Assembly (NCBI GenBank): GCA_002269645.1
Contig: NIVC01002178.1
Span: 62,001-126,000 of the forward strand
Origin: Macrostomum lignano
Taxonomy: Eukaryota
DNA: 64,000 nt
Reading direction: 5' to 3'
The translations under genes were made by a program, and so were the position numbers. Below, piece after piece: positions 1 through 22,040 of this stretch (position 1 is the stretch's first letter; every line of letters begins with the position of its first letter). Under the pieces are notes generated by a model that ran no database searches, was not told the DNA's origin, and saw only the letters and a list, made by a program, of their open reading frames with translations.

Positions 1-448
1 ACAATCGTAGTACTCGTATTACACAAGCCAATTGGTCCACGCTTTAGTTTCTGTCTCAGTCTCATGACTAAACTAAATTATTTATTTGTGTAGTGTACTA
101 CTTTATAATATGACATTTTTGAAAAGGAACATTGTATAAAAATATTATGAAAATTTAAGCTTATTTATTATATCAAAAAACATACTGTCTCATCAAAGAG
201 AATAAACTTAATTTTGTCAAAATTGTCACACTCCACCTTTACTTACAATTACCATCCTATAATCCATAAAACAAAAGTGTCGCGTCTGTGTCGATATTAG
301 TTATACTAAATTTAAAAGGTTCTAATTGCTTGCTATCCAGACTGATTTAAAAATAATCAAATTTATATACTTTCATGTGTCGCTTTTAGTAATACGAGTA
401 TAAAAGAAAAGCTTTAAAATGCAATAACTTTTCAGCAGTCGACTGTTG

Positions 449-9933
<9,485 letters not shown>

Positions 9934-10152
9934 CACAGGCTCTGCTCGCTGCTGTACATACGATCCCAGCTGTATGATTTCCGAGGTTCGCGGACATTAA
10001 AGTGATTTTCAGCTGCATTCTACCTGTCAATTTTTTATTCTCTTTGCTCACAAGTCTTCACTCTCTGATATATTATTATTATTTTAATCTTTTATAATAT
10101 TAGCTGGTAGAGCGATACTCAATCCTGTTTACTGTTATCAAAGAGATACTTA

Positions 10153-10158
10153 AATAAA
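10153..10158 (+). terminator. candidate polyadenylation signal of the FHAD1-like gene
   Basis: AATAAA about 220 nt after the stop codon. Confidence 0.35.
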
Positions 10159-10262
10159 CGATCTTATGTGTACCCTTTTATTCTGTCTAATTGACTTAGC
10201 AAAAAAAGATGTCCATCTTTAATCGTTTGAGATACTGGTAGCTCAGGCAGAGAAAGAAGACT

Positions 10263-12965
10263 GAGGGGAGAGATGGGGTGGCTGAGGGGAGAGATGGGGA
10301 GGTTGTAGGGAGAGATGGGGAGGTTGAAGGGAGAGATGGGGAGGTTGAAGGGAGTGATGGGGAGGTTAAAGGGAGTGATGGGGAGGTTAAAGGGAGTGAT
10401 GGGGAGGTTAAAGGGAGTGATAGGGAGGTTAAAGGGAGAGATGAGGGGGTTGAAGGGAGAGATGGGGAGGTTGAAGGGAGAGATGAGGAGGTTGAAGGGA
10501 GAGATGGGGAGGTTGAAGGGAGTGATGGGGAGGTTAAAGGGAGTGATGGGGAGGTTGAAGGGAGAGATGGGGAGGTTGAAGGGAGAGATGAGGAGGTTGA
10601 AGGGAGAGATGGGGAGGTTGAAGGGAGTGATGGGGAGGTTAAAGGGAGTGATGGGGAGGTTAAAGGGAGTGATGGGGAGGTTAAAGGGAGAGATGAGGAG
10701 GTTGAAGGGAGAGATGGGGAGGTTGAAGGGAGAGATGGGGAGGTTGAAGGGAGAGATGAGGAGGTTGAAGGGAGAGATGGGGAGGTTGAAGGGAGAGATG
10801 GGGAGGTTGAAGGGAGTGATGGGGAGGTTAAAGGAAGTGATGGGGAGGTTGAAGGGAGAGATGGGGAGGTTGTAGGGAGAGATGGGGAGGTTGTAGGGAG
10901 AGATGGGGAGGTTGAAGGGAGAGATGAGGAGGTTGAAGGGAGAGATGGGGAGGTTGAAGGGAGAGATGGGGAGGCTGCAGGGAGAGATGGGGAGGTTGAA
11001 GGGAGAGATGGGGAGGTTGAAGGGAGAGATGGGGAGGTTGAAGGGAGAGATGGGGAGGTTGAAGGGAGAGATGAGGAGGTTGAAGGGAGAGATGGGGAGG
11101 TTGAAGGGAGAGATGGGGAGGTTGAAGGGAGTGATGGGGAGGTTAAAGGAAGTGATGGGGAGGTTGAAGGGAGAGATGGGGAGGTTGTAGGGAGAGATGG
11201 GGAGGTTGTAGGGAGAGATGGGGAGGTTGAAGGGAGAGATGAGGAGGTTGAAGGGAGAGATGGGGAGGTTGAAGGGAGAGATGGGGAGGCTGCAGGGAGA
11301 GATGGGGAGGTTGAAGGGAGAGATGGGGAGGTTGAAGGGAGAGATGGGGAGGTTGAAGGGAGAGATGAGGAGGTTGAAGGGAGAGATGGGGAGGTTGAAG
11401 GGAGAGATGGGGAGGTTGAAGGGAGTGATGGGGAGGTTAAAGGAAGTGATGGGGAGGTTGAAGGGAGAGATGGGGAGGTTGAAGGGAGAGATGGGGAGGT
11501 TGAAGGGAGTGATGGGGAGGTTAAAGGGAGTGATGGGGAGGTTAAAGGGAGAGATGAGGAGGTTGTAGGGAGAGATGGGGAGGTTGAAGGGAGAGATGAG
11601 GAGGTTGTATGGAGAGATGGGGAGGTTGAAGGGAGAGATGAGGAGGTTGAAGGGAGAGATGGGGAGGTTGAAGGGAGAGATGGGGAGGCTGCAGGGAGAG
11701 ATGGGGAGGTTGAAGGGAGAGATGGGGAGGTTGAAGGGAGAGATGAGGAGGTTGTAGGGAGAGATGGGGAGGTTGAAGGGAGAGATGAGGAGGTTGTAGG
11801 GAGAGATGGGGAGGTTGTAGGGAGAGATGGGGAGGTTGTAGGGAGAGATGGGGAGGCTGCAGGGAGAGATGGGGAGGTTGAAGGGAGAGATGGGGAGGTT
11901 GAAGGGAGAGATGGGGAGGTTGAAGGGAGAGATGAGGAGGTTGAAGGGAGAGATGGGGAGGTTGAAGGGAGAGATGGGGAGGTTGAAGGGAGTGATGGGG
12001 AGGTTAAAGGAAGTGATGGGGAGGTTGAAGGGAGAGATGGGGAGGTTGAAGGGAGAGATGGGGAGGTTGAAGGGAGTGATGGGGAGGTTAAAGGAAGTGA
12101 TGGGGAGGTTGAAGGGAGAGATGGGGAGGTTGAAGGGAGAAGGGAGAGATGGGGAGGTTGAAGGGAGTGATGGGGAGGTTAAAGGGAGTGATGGGGAGGT
12201 TAAAGGGAGAGATGAGGAGGTTGTAGGGAGAGATGGGGAGGTTGAAGGGAGAGATGAGGAGGTTGTATGGAGAGATGGGGAGGTTGAAGGGAGAGATGAG
12301 GAGGTTGAAGGGAGAGATGGGGAGGTTGAAGGGAGAGATGGGGAGGCTGCAGGGAGAGATGGGGAGGTTGAAGGGAGAGATGGGGAGGTTGAAGGGAGAG
12401 ATGAGGAGGTTGAAGGGAGAGATGGGGAGGTTGAAGGGAGAGATGAGGAGGTTGTAGGGAGAGATGGGGAGGTTGTAGGGAGAGATGGGGAGGTTGTAGG
12501 GAGAGATGGGGAGGCTGCAGGGAGAGATGGGGAGGTTGAAGGGAGAGATGGGGAGGTTGAAGGGAGAGATGGGGAGGTTGAAGGGAGAGATGAGGAGGTT
12601 GAAGGGAGAGATGGGGAGGTTGAAGGGAGAGATGGGGAGGTTGAAGGGAGTGATGGGGAGGTTAAAGGAAGTGATGGGGAGGTTGAAGGGAGAGATGGGG
12701 AGGTTGAAGGGAGAGATGGGGAGGTTGAAGGGAGTGATGGGGAGGTTAAAGGGAGTGATGGGGAGGTTAAAGGGAGAGATGAGGAGGTTGTAGGGAGAGA
12801 TGGGGAGGTTGAAGGGAGAGATGAGGAGGTTGTATGGAGAGATGGGGAGGTTGAAGGGAGAGATGAGGAGGTTGAAGGGAGAGATGGGGAGGTTGAAGGG
12901 AGAGATGGGGAGGCTGCAGGGAGAGATGGGGAGGTTGAAGGGAGAGAAGAGGAGGCTGAGGGGAA
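10263..12965. repeat. 21-bp G-rich satellite GGGAGAGATGGGGAGGTTGAA (~2.7 kb)
   Basis: Tandem array with recurring variant units. Confidence 0.97.
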
Positions 12966-13654
12966 GAGGATGCAGAAAAGGAAGATTAGTATTTAGTAGA
13001 AAGTTAAAAATTCTGCTGCTCCTTTTCACCAGCAGGGGTTCCTCTGCCTTTGTTTATCAATAATTATCCTTGACTGTGGGAATACAAAAGATTCAGGAAA
13101 TCTCCAGCGGTGCGGAGAAGACGTGCTCAGCGCAGACAAAAGCAAAAAACTCATCCTGCAAGCCCATCATTTTGCGCCCCCCCCCTCCCCAGCAACCAAA
13201 GCGATCGCCGGCTTGCTTTTTCGTCTGCAGAAGTCTCATTTTTTAGCTTTTTATTTCTTTATCGCAACAATGCTTTGGTGAGGAGGGCGGATGGCAGAGC
13301 GGCGGCACGGGATCTTACCGGGGGGAGGGGGGGCCTCCAGCAACCGTTCATCCATTGTCTTAGGCTTCGTTCCTTGCTGCTGCAATCTCTTCTCTCTTCT
13401 TCTAGAAGAGAAGCAGTGGGAGTGATTTTTAGGTTCTCTTTTTCGCCAAAGCAGTTGCTCGCGAATTCTGGATAAGCAGACTGGATCTGCTCGGCTCAGC
13501 GGGTCTCTGTGACTGGTGGCGCCTGGGCTGCGCTTTTTCCTCCTTCAGACGTCTCGATCTCCTGCGCTCCCGTCTCCGCTGATTATCCATTGAACTGCGA
13601 CTGAGGGGGGGGGGGTTTAGAGATTGTGTCTTTCTGGATTCCTGATTGGGGATG

Positions 13655-14495
13655 GGGAGAGATTAGAGAGAATAAAGGGATTACTGGAATTAGAGAGATT
13701 AGAGAGATGAGAGAGAATTAATGGCATTAATGAGAGAGAGGGATTAATGGCATTAAAGGGATTAGAGAGATCAGAAAGATGAGAAAGATTAAAGGGAATA
13801 GAGGGGTTAATGGGATTAGAGAGATCAGAGAGATTAGAGAGATTAGAGAGATTGGCGAGATCAAAAAGAGATCAGAGAAATTAGAGAGATCAGAGAGTTT
13901 AGAGAGATCAGAGAGTTTAGAGAGATCAGAGAGTTTAGAGAGATCAGAGAGATTAGAGAGATCAGAGAGTTTAGAGAGATCAGAGAGTTTAGAGAGATTA
14001 GAGAGATCAGAGAGATTAGAGAAATTAGAGAGATCAGAGAGTTTAGAGGGACTAGAGAGATCAAAAAGTGATTAGAGAGATTCGAGAGATCAGAGAGATT
14101 AGAGAAATTAGAGAAATTAGAGAGATCAGAGAGATTAGAGAGATTAGAGAGATCAGATAGATTATAGAGATTAGAGAGATTAGAGAGATCAGAGAGTTTA
14201 GAGGGACTAGAGAGATCAAAAAGTGATTAGAGAGATCAGAGAGATTAGAGAGATCAGAGAGATTAGAGAGATTAGAGAGATTAGAGAGATCATAGAGTTT
14301 AGAGGGACTAGAGAGATCAAAAAGTGATTAGAGAGATCAGAGAGATTAGAGAGATTAGAGAGATTAGAGAGATTAGAGAGATTAGAGAGATCAGAGAGTT
14401 TAGAGGGACTAGAAAGATCAAAAAGTGATTAGAGAGATCAGAGAGATCAGAGAGATCAGAGAGACTAGAGGGATTAAAGCGATCAAAGAGATTAT
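13655..14495. repeat. 9-bp-based purine-rich repeat (AGAGAGATT / AGAGAGATC)
   Basis: Degenerate tandem array. Confidence 0.92.
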
Positions 14496-14897
14496 AAGGA
14501 CCCGCGGGCGGAGTCTCCGAGAAAGCGGGCAGCAGCCGGAGGTGCGCGGCATCAGGAACTGAAAAGCGCGCCAAGATGCGGGAAAGAATCGAACAAAGAA
14601 AATCTGGGGGGGGGGGGGCAACGTCTATGCGTGTCGGCACAGGAAATTAAGACATCGCAAGGGACAATTTCCTCTCTCAGTGCCCGGGAGTGGGAAAGCG
14701 ACTTCTCAAGAAGCTGCCATTTGCCTCGCGATCGCCTCTCTGGATTTGATGAAGCAGCGGCCGGCGTGCCAACCGACTTGGCGCAGCTTCCGTTGGCTTT
14801 CGAAAATCGAAACAAAATGATCGGGGAAAATTATTCTGGGAAGCAGTTGATGGAGCCTGGCATCTCGTTTTCATGGCTTCATCTTTTTCTTTGAAGC

Positions 14898-15440
14898 TTC
14901 CTACATTCCTATCCGCTCCCTACATTCCTATCCGCTCCCTACATTCCTATCCGCTCCCTACATTCCTATCCGCTCCCTACATTCCTATCCGCTCCCTACA
15001 TTCCTATCCGCTCCCTACATTCCTATCCACTCCCTACATTCCTATCCGCTCCCTACATTCCTATCCGCTCCCTACATTCCTATCCGCTCCCTACATTCCT
15101 ATCCGCTCCCTACACTTCTGATCTCTGCTCCCTACATTCCTATCCGCTCCCTACATTTCTATCCGCTCCCTACATTCCTATCCGCTCCCTACATGTCTGA
15201 TCTCTGCTCCCTTCATTCCTAATCTCCACTCCCTTCATTCCTAATCTCCACTCCCTTCATTCCTAATCTCCACTCCCTTCATTCCTAATCTCCACTCCCT
15301 TCATTCCTAATCTCCGCTCCCTTCATTCCTAATCTCCGCTCCCTTCATTCCTAATCTCCGCTCCCTTCATTCCTAATTTCCGCTCCCTTCATTCCTAATC
15401 TCCGCTCCCTTCATTCCTAATCTCCATTCCCTTCATTCCT
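14898..15440. repeat. compound minisatellite: 19-bp CCTACATTCCTATCCGCTC, then 22-bp CTAATCTCCRCTCCCTTCATTC
   Basis: Period changes around 15120-15200. Confidence 0.93.
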
Positions 15441-17964
15441 GAATTCTCTCTTGTCTCTCGCAGTTGATTTGCCTTTTATCAGATAATTTTAATTCCCAGT
15501 CTCCTCTCTTCGTCATCCGATTTATTTCACGGTCGGGCCAGCATCCCAGGTGGAAGTCTGGGTTGGATATCCTCAGACAAAAAATATTCTTTCCATCGCG
15601 GCAAGCCCCTGCTGTCCCGATCTCGTTTCCCACCGCTCCATCCTCCCAGCCTCTTCCCCCCGGTCGGTTCTCAAGCCCGCATCTCTCCGGCCAGGAAATT
15701 GAGTATTTTTTCTCGCGAGGCGGAGGGAGCCAATCTTGCAAATTGTTTCTAAACCGCTCCTGGGAGTCCTGAGCTCTTAATCTATATTTCTACCACTTTT
15801 GGAAGCTCCAACCCCCCCCCCCCAACTTTCAGGGTCATGATGGAGCGTATTACTTATTTACGCCTGCTTGTTAGTTTTACAATCGGCCCCCGGGCAGCGG
15901 TTGCAGCAATGCAGAGGCTTCTAAAAGAGGCTGCAGGGATGGCCGGGCCGCTCGCTGCAAATAAATGGCCGGGGTCATAAGAGTTGCAAAACTTCTCCTC
16001 TCAGCATCAGCGCCTGAATCTTTGGCAGCAAAATAACCCGGGGGGGGGGGACGGTGCACAAAAAGTTAAGTGGCCGGTGAGTCCACCTTCTCATCTCCCC
16101 GCTCCCGATGACCAATATATTCAGCATCCAGCCTATTGTGCTCAATGCTGCTCATCCCAGTAACTGGCTGCTGGGGGGGGGTCGTTTATCTCCTACTTCT
16201 CCTCATCTCCTCACCTGGGCCTCTTTCCTCTACGCCTGCCCGTCTCCCACTCCATCTCTTTAGTCTTTCAATTCTCTGTATTTGTTTCTCGTCCGCTCAT
16301 GACGGCTCTGCGCAGCCAGGCCCGACTTCACGCCATACAGCACACACGCGGAGACAGAGAGAGAGAAACTTGCTTTTTGCCTCTTGCTTCTAGGGTAGGG
16401 TGTTCTGGGGGATTTGACTTGGCGGGACCGGAGCCGCTACTTCCAAACCCCAGGCCTGCCTAAGGCTGCAGTAGCAGATATATCCGTGAGCCCTGAGCAG
16501 GATCAACGGCCAACACACTAATCCATTATCTTACAGGGCCCGCACCAGCCTCTCAGTGACTGGTCTGCCTGTCCTCCCTCCAGCTTCTGCCTTCTCCTCA
16601 GCCACCAACCCCCCACCCGCTGTCTCCAGGTGATCATCAAGCGCCGCAGACTCTGGCAGAAGGTAAGGGCCAGGCAAGCGGAACACATCCCACACCCGTC
16701 AGCAATAACTCTGTTAGAAGACAATTGTGCTGCTCACGCGACTGGCTGTTTCATGTCGTCCGGCAGGTCAGCGCAGCGGCTGACTTGGTTCCAGACAAAG
16801 ATTTTAGACAAAAGGTGCTCCAAGTCCAAATCATCGTTAATCCTGACCAATCACCCCAATAGTTTTCTGTCTGAGGGCAAGGCTCTCAGCTAATTGAATT
16901 TGATGGCCCCAGCAGGATACTGCGGGGACCTGACTCGCTTCCGCAGCCCGGGAGCAGAAAGCATCATCTCTAGGAAAAAAAGAAGATTAAATATTCTGGT
17001 CGCTTCTTCGAACTCAAATGAAAAACTTCCCCGATCCCCACTCTCGTCCCTCCCCCTGGCAAACTGATCAGGTGAATTGGGAATTTATTGGGCCCAGTTT
17101 TCGCCTTCGAAACTTCTCGTCATAAAATTGGCCACTCAGAGGTGCTCTCAACTTTCTGGCCTGCCCGGTCACTTGAGGGGGGGCTGAGCTGACATACCTC
17201 AATGATTCTTTCTTCCTAATGGCTGTTCAGGCGCGCCTACCGGAAGCTTCCCAAGCAGTGGGCAGATCTCCCAACCCCCACTCTCCTCTCCTCCATTGTT
17301 TTCCCTTCCCAGCAGCGCACCACTCGGTCCTGAAATGCCTCATCTTTCTCCAATTAAGCTGCAGAGACCCAAGCAGGGGAGCCGCCCAAAGATGAGAGAT
17401 GAGTAGGGAGAAGAATGGGGTGAACTGCAAATCGGAATGCGAGATACTGGGGGGCGCTATGGTGTGGCACAAAAAACCAGACACAGGAATTCAAATAAAA
17501 GAGTAGAAAGGGGATTTTTATTAGGACTCTCCTGTGCGCTCTGCTGCTTCCTGGCACTTCAAGTCCTGCGTGTTGGAGCAGCCAGCCTTTGGGGAGCTCG
17601 GGCAAGGAGGGCCTTCGCTGGAGTTCCTCCTCCAGCCCCCTCTGCTGGAGAGGATCTGGAAGACGCAGTTTAATAGACACAACACTAAGCGAAGGAGACA
17701 CGGAGTCAGGTACTTCCTGAGCACAGTCCGGCTCCAGCTTGCAAACTAATTGACTCTCGATTGACTAACTGAAGTTTTTCATCTCTACAGGAGCAGTTTT
17801 TTTCTTTTGTCTTGCTGTATGTTGTTGAGCTGTGCTGCATTTCCGTTCGGGAAGCTCATTATGGTTTTCAGCCCAAGTGAGGGCAGAGGCGACTCCTACC
17901 TGGTTCTCCGAATGCTGCGGCTCTCCCTGCTCCTCATTCTCTACATCCTTTTATCTCCTTCTCT

Positions 17965-18440
17965 GTCTACTTGTCCCCTCTCTGCCCTCTCTGTCTGCCC
18001 CTCTCAACTCCCTGTCTGCCCCTCTCTCTCTCCTCTCTTCCCCTTCTGTCTGCCCCTCTCTCTCTCCTCTCTCCCCCTCTGTCTGCCCCTCCCTGTCTGC
18101 CACTCCCTGTCTGCCCCTCCCTGTCTGCCCCTCTCTGTCTGCCTCTCCCTGTCTGCCCCTCCCTGTCTGCCCCTCTCTGTCTGCCTCTCCCTGTCTGCCC
18201 CTCCCTGTCTGCCCCTCCCTATCTGCCCCTCTCTCTCCTCCCTGTCTGCCCCTCTCTCCCCTCCCTGTCTGCCCCTCTCTCCTTTGCCTGTCTGCCCCTC
18301 TCTCCCCTCCCTGTCTGCCCCTCTCTCCCTTGCCTGTCTCCCCTCTCTCCCCTCCCTGTCTACTCCTCTCTCTCCTCTCTTCCCTCTCTGTCTGCCCCTC
18401 TCTGTCTGCCCCTCTCTGTCTGCCCCTCTCTCCCCTATTT
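17965..18440. repeat. pyrimidine-rich degenerate repeat (CTGTCTGCCCCTC core)
   Basis: Repeated core with variable spacer. Confidence 0.88.
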
Positions 18441-18904
18441 TTCTGCCGGTCTTCACCTCTCTCTCTCAGCCGTTCATTAATATTCGAAGGGGTTCATGGG
18501 TCATGCCTTTGTTCCCCAACTCGATTTCGCCTCGCTCCATTAGTCAAGTCAGAGTCAATGAGACAGTACCGCAATTGAGTCCACCGCTATCTTCAATAGC
18601 GCTTTTTTATTTATTTTTGCGCGCACTTTATCAGCTTCTTCCACTTCTCAGCAGCAATCCATAAAAAAGGTGCGGATTTCGCATCTGGAAGAACTCTTGC
18701 CAATAAAAATGTTCTCAAGCGGTTCGCGAAGCGTTTTAATGCAGCTTTTTTGTCGCTTCCAGAAGACTCACCCCCGCCAACCCCCCGTTGCAACAACTTG
18801 ATGCAAAGTGTTGAGCACGCGAAGAGTCAGCATGCTAAATTGTGAGCTGGAGGATTTAGTTAAGGACGATGTGCTTGATTGATAAGCTGCAGTCAGTGTT
18901 GGGG

Positions 18905-18940
18905 CAGGGAATACTCTATACTATACTCGAGTATTCCCTG
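18905..18940. mobile_element. 36-bp TIR-only micro-element (12-bp perfect inverted repeats, imperfect 7-bp TSD)
   Basis: CAGGGAATACTC (18905-18916) and GAGTATTCCCTG (18929-18940); flanks GTTGGGG / GTCGGGG. Confidence 0.5.
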
Positions 18941-18995
18941 GTCGGGGAAACAGCTGGTCCAGGAGGCTCCGGAGCCGTTTGGTTGCGTAAATCTT

Positions 18996-19695
18996 GTGTA
19001 TTTTAGTGCAATCTATGATCTAATTTGTATTTTAGTGCAATCTATGATCTAATTTGTATTTTAGTGCAATCTATGATCTAATTTGTATTTTAGTGCAATC
19101 TATGATCTAATTTGTATTTTAGTGCAATCTATGATCTAATTTGTATTTTAGTGCAATCTATGATCTAATTTGTATTTTAGTGCAATCTATGATCTAATTT
19201 GTATTTTAGTGCAATCTATGATCTAATATGTTTTTTAGTGCAATCTATGATCTAATTTGTATTTTAGTGCAATCTATGATCTAATATGTTTTTAGTGCAA
19301 TCTATGATCTAATATGTTTTTTAGTGCAATCTATGATCTAATTTGTATTTTAGTGCAATCTATGATCTAATATGTTTTTTAGTGCAATCTATGATCTAAT
19401 TTGTATTTTAGTGCAATCTATGATCTAATTTGTATTTTAGTGCAATCTATGATCTAATATGTTTTTTAGTGCAATCTATGATCTAATTTGTATTTTAGTG
19501 CAATCTATGATCTAATTTGTATTTTAGTGCAATCTATGATCTAATTTGTATTTTAGTGCAATCTATGATCTAATGTTTTTTAGTGCAATCTATGATCTAA
19601 TTTGTATTTTAGTGCAATCTATGATCTAATTTGTATTTTAGTGCAATCTATGATCTAATTTGTATTTTAGTGCAATCTATGATCTAATTTGTTTT
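18996..19695. repeat. 29-bp AT-rich minisatellite TGTATTTTAGTGCAATCTATGATCTAATT (~24 copies)
   Basis: Tandem array. Confidence 0.96.
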
Positions 19696-20199
19696 TATCA
19701 ATCCTTATAATTTGAGAAAGTTTAGCAAAATATAACACACAAACTTGTCTGCAGTGAGACTAAAGTTGTCAGAAAATGGGAGGGGGGGTTGGCACCATTG
19801 AGCTGGTCCTGCAATTAGGTGCAACTATCGAACAGATGGCGATCGAGTCAAGGAGCTCCTTGCAAAAAAAATCATCATTGCAGAAGGGTGCAGAGCTGCC
19901 ACCATTTTTATTATTATTAAATGAGAAAGTCGAGGATCAGAATCTGAAAGGATTTTAACAAAAAAACTCTGCGAAGATAAGTCTTGAGAGGTGGGAGAGA
20001 GAAGAGACCCACCTTCTGGCCTCCTCATCTCAGGTGGGGAAATTTATTGCGATAGAAATTTATCTTGCCCAAAGAGGAAAGATGAAACACTCGTGAAGAA
20101 GAAGGAGCTGCACTCAACTGAGAGATGATTTTGCACCTGGTTATGGCGTCATAGCGTATTGTATTTACCTGCTATGACTAACCTCATATTTACTTATCT

Positions 20200-20825
20200 T
20201 TCTTTACCTACCTGTCTTTACCTGCCTGTTCTTATCTACCTGTCTTTACCTACCTGTCTTTACCTACCTGTCTTTACCTAACTGTCCTTACCTACCTATC
20301 TTTAGCTACCTGTATTTACCTACCTGTCTTTACCTACCTGTCTTTACCTACCTGTCTTTACCTACCTGTCTTTACCTACCTGTCTTTACCTACCTGTCTT
20401 TACCTACCTGTCTTTACCTACCTGTCTTTACCTACCTGTCTTTACCTACCTGTCTTTACCTACCTGTCTTTACCTACCTGTCTTTACCTACCTGTCTTTA
20501 CCTACCTGTCTTTACCCTACCTGTCTTTACCCTACCTGTCTTTACCTACCTGTATTTACCTACCTGTCTTTACCTACCTGTCTTTACCTACCTGTCTTTA
20601 CCTACCTGTCTTTACCCTACCTGTCTTTACCCTACCTGTCTTTACCTACCTGTATTTACCTACCTGTCTTTATCTAACTGTCTTTACATACCTGTCCTTA
20701 CCAACCTGTCTTTACCTACCTGTCCTTACCAGCCTGTCTTTACCAAACTGTCCTCACCTACCTATCTTTAGCTACCTGTCTTTACCTACCTGTCTGACCT
20801 TCCTGTCCGACCTACTTGTCTGACC
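20200..20825. repeat. 14-bp minisatellite TACCTGTCTTTACC
   Basis: Tandem array. Confidence 0.95.
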
Positions 20826-21591
20826 TACTATGCCTGTGTAATCTGCATTCATTCTACCGCTAACTAAATGCTATCAGCTTGATACCTGAAGAGGAAAATG
20901 ATTAGAAAACTAAAAAAGACCCCAGAGCAGATATTGCCTTCAATGAGGAAATGCGATCAGCAACCCACCCGCATGTGAACCTGCAGTAGACCTCGGAACT
21001 GCAGAGGATCCAATTCAGAAAGAAGACTCCAAAACTGATGAAGATGAGGGTCTCGGACCTCTCCCAGTCAACTCAGCTGACGAGCTGTCCTCATGCCTTG
21101 ATCTGCCAGTCATAAAAGCCATCTCTAAAAATATTATCGCGCACAACACGTGGCCGATCGTCGCTACCCTCTTGTTCTTCCCGCATTGTCGAAAGACGAA
21201 GGCCGCGCGCAGCAATACGCGATCAGTATTGATATTGCTACTCCAGATGGAGCACGCCCAGACGGGGGGGCATAAAAGTCAGTCTCTAAAAGAAGCGATA
21301 AGAAAGTTCTGACAGATTGATGAAGGCTCGATATGATGCAACAAAGTAAGACCGCATTACAGGAAGAATATTGTAACAAAATTTTGACATCTTTCACAAA
21401 CTATTGGAGCGAAATGAACTGTTGAAGCCGTAAGGCCCAGCTGGCTCTGCTTGGCGGCTCTTGATTGATTAGCTGGATGGGTTCGGTTACTGAGGATCGC
21501 TTGTACAGATTTTAGTAAAGTGAAAAAAAACTTTAAAATCAAGGTTGAAAGAATAATTGCCACAAATCCAGGTGACTTAAGACATACCAAG

Positions 21592-21643
21592 GTTGGTTAG
21601 GTAGTTAGTTAGTTAGTTAGTTAGTTCGTTAGTTAGTTCGTTC

Positions 21644-21717
<74 letters not shown>

Positions 21718-21718
21718 G

Positions 21719-21815
<97 letters not shown>

Positions 21816-21838
21816 TTTAGTTAGTTATTGAGTTAGTG

Positions 21839-21911
<73 letters not shown>

Positions 21912-21926
21912 TTTAGTTAGTTATTG

Positions 21927-21985
<59 letters not shown>

Positions 21986-21986
21986 G

Positions 21987-22025
<39 letters not shown>

Positions 22026-22040
22026 GAGTTAGTTAGTTAC
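21592..22040. repeat. (TTAG)n microsatellite
   Basis: Near-perfect array. Confidence 0.97.

Noticed and set aside
11-400. TACTCGTA (11-18) and TACGAGTA (393-400), plus TACGATA (61184-61190), as additional transposon footprints
   Set aside because: 7-8-mers are expected by chance in 64 kb and no empty-site control is available. They are compatible with the footprint idea but are not evidence for it.
10278-12996. Long ORFs (627 aa EGRDGEV-repeat, MGRLKGE-repeat) resembling collagen-like or antifreeze repeat proteins
   Set aside because: They are translations of a 21-bp satellite open in several frames and on both strands, with no splice context or unique domain.
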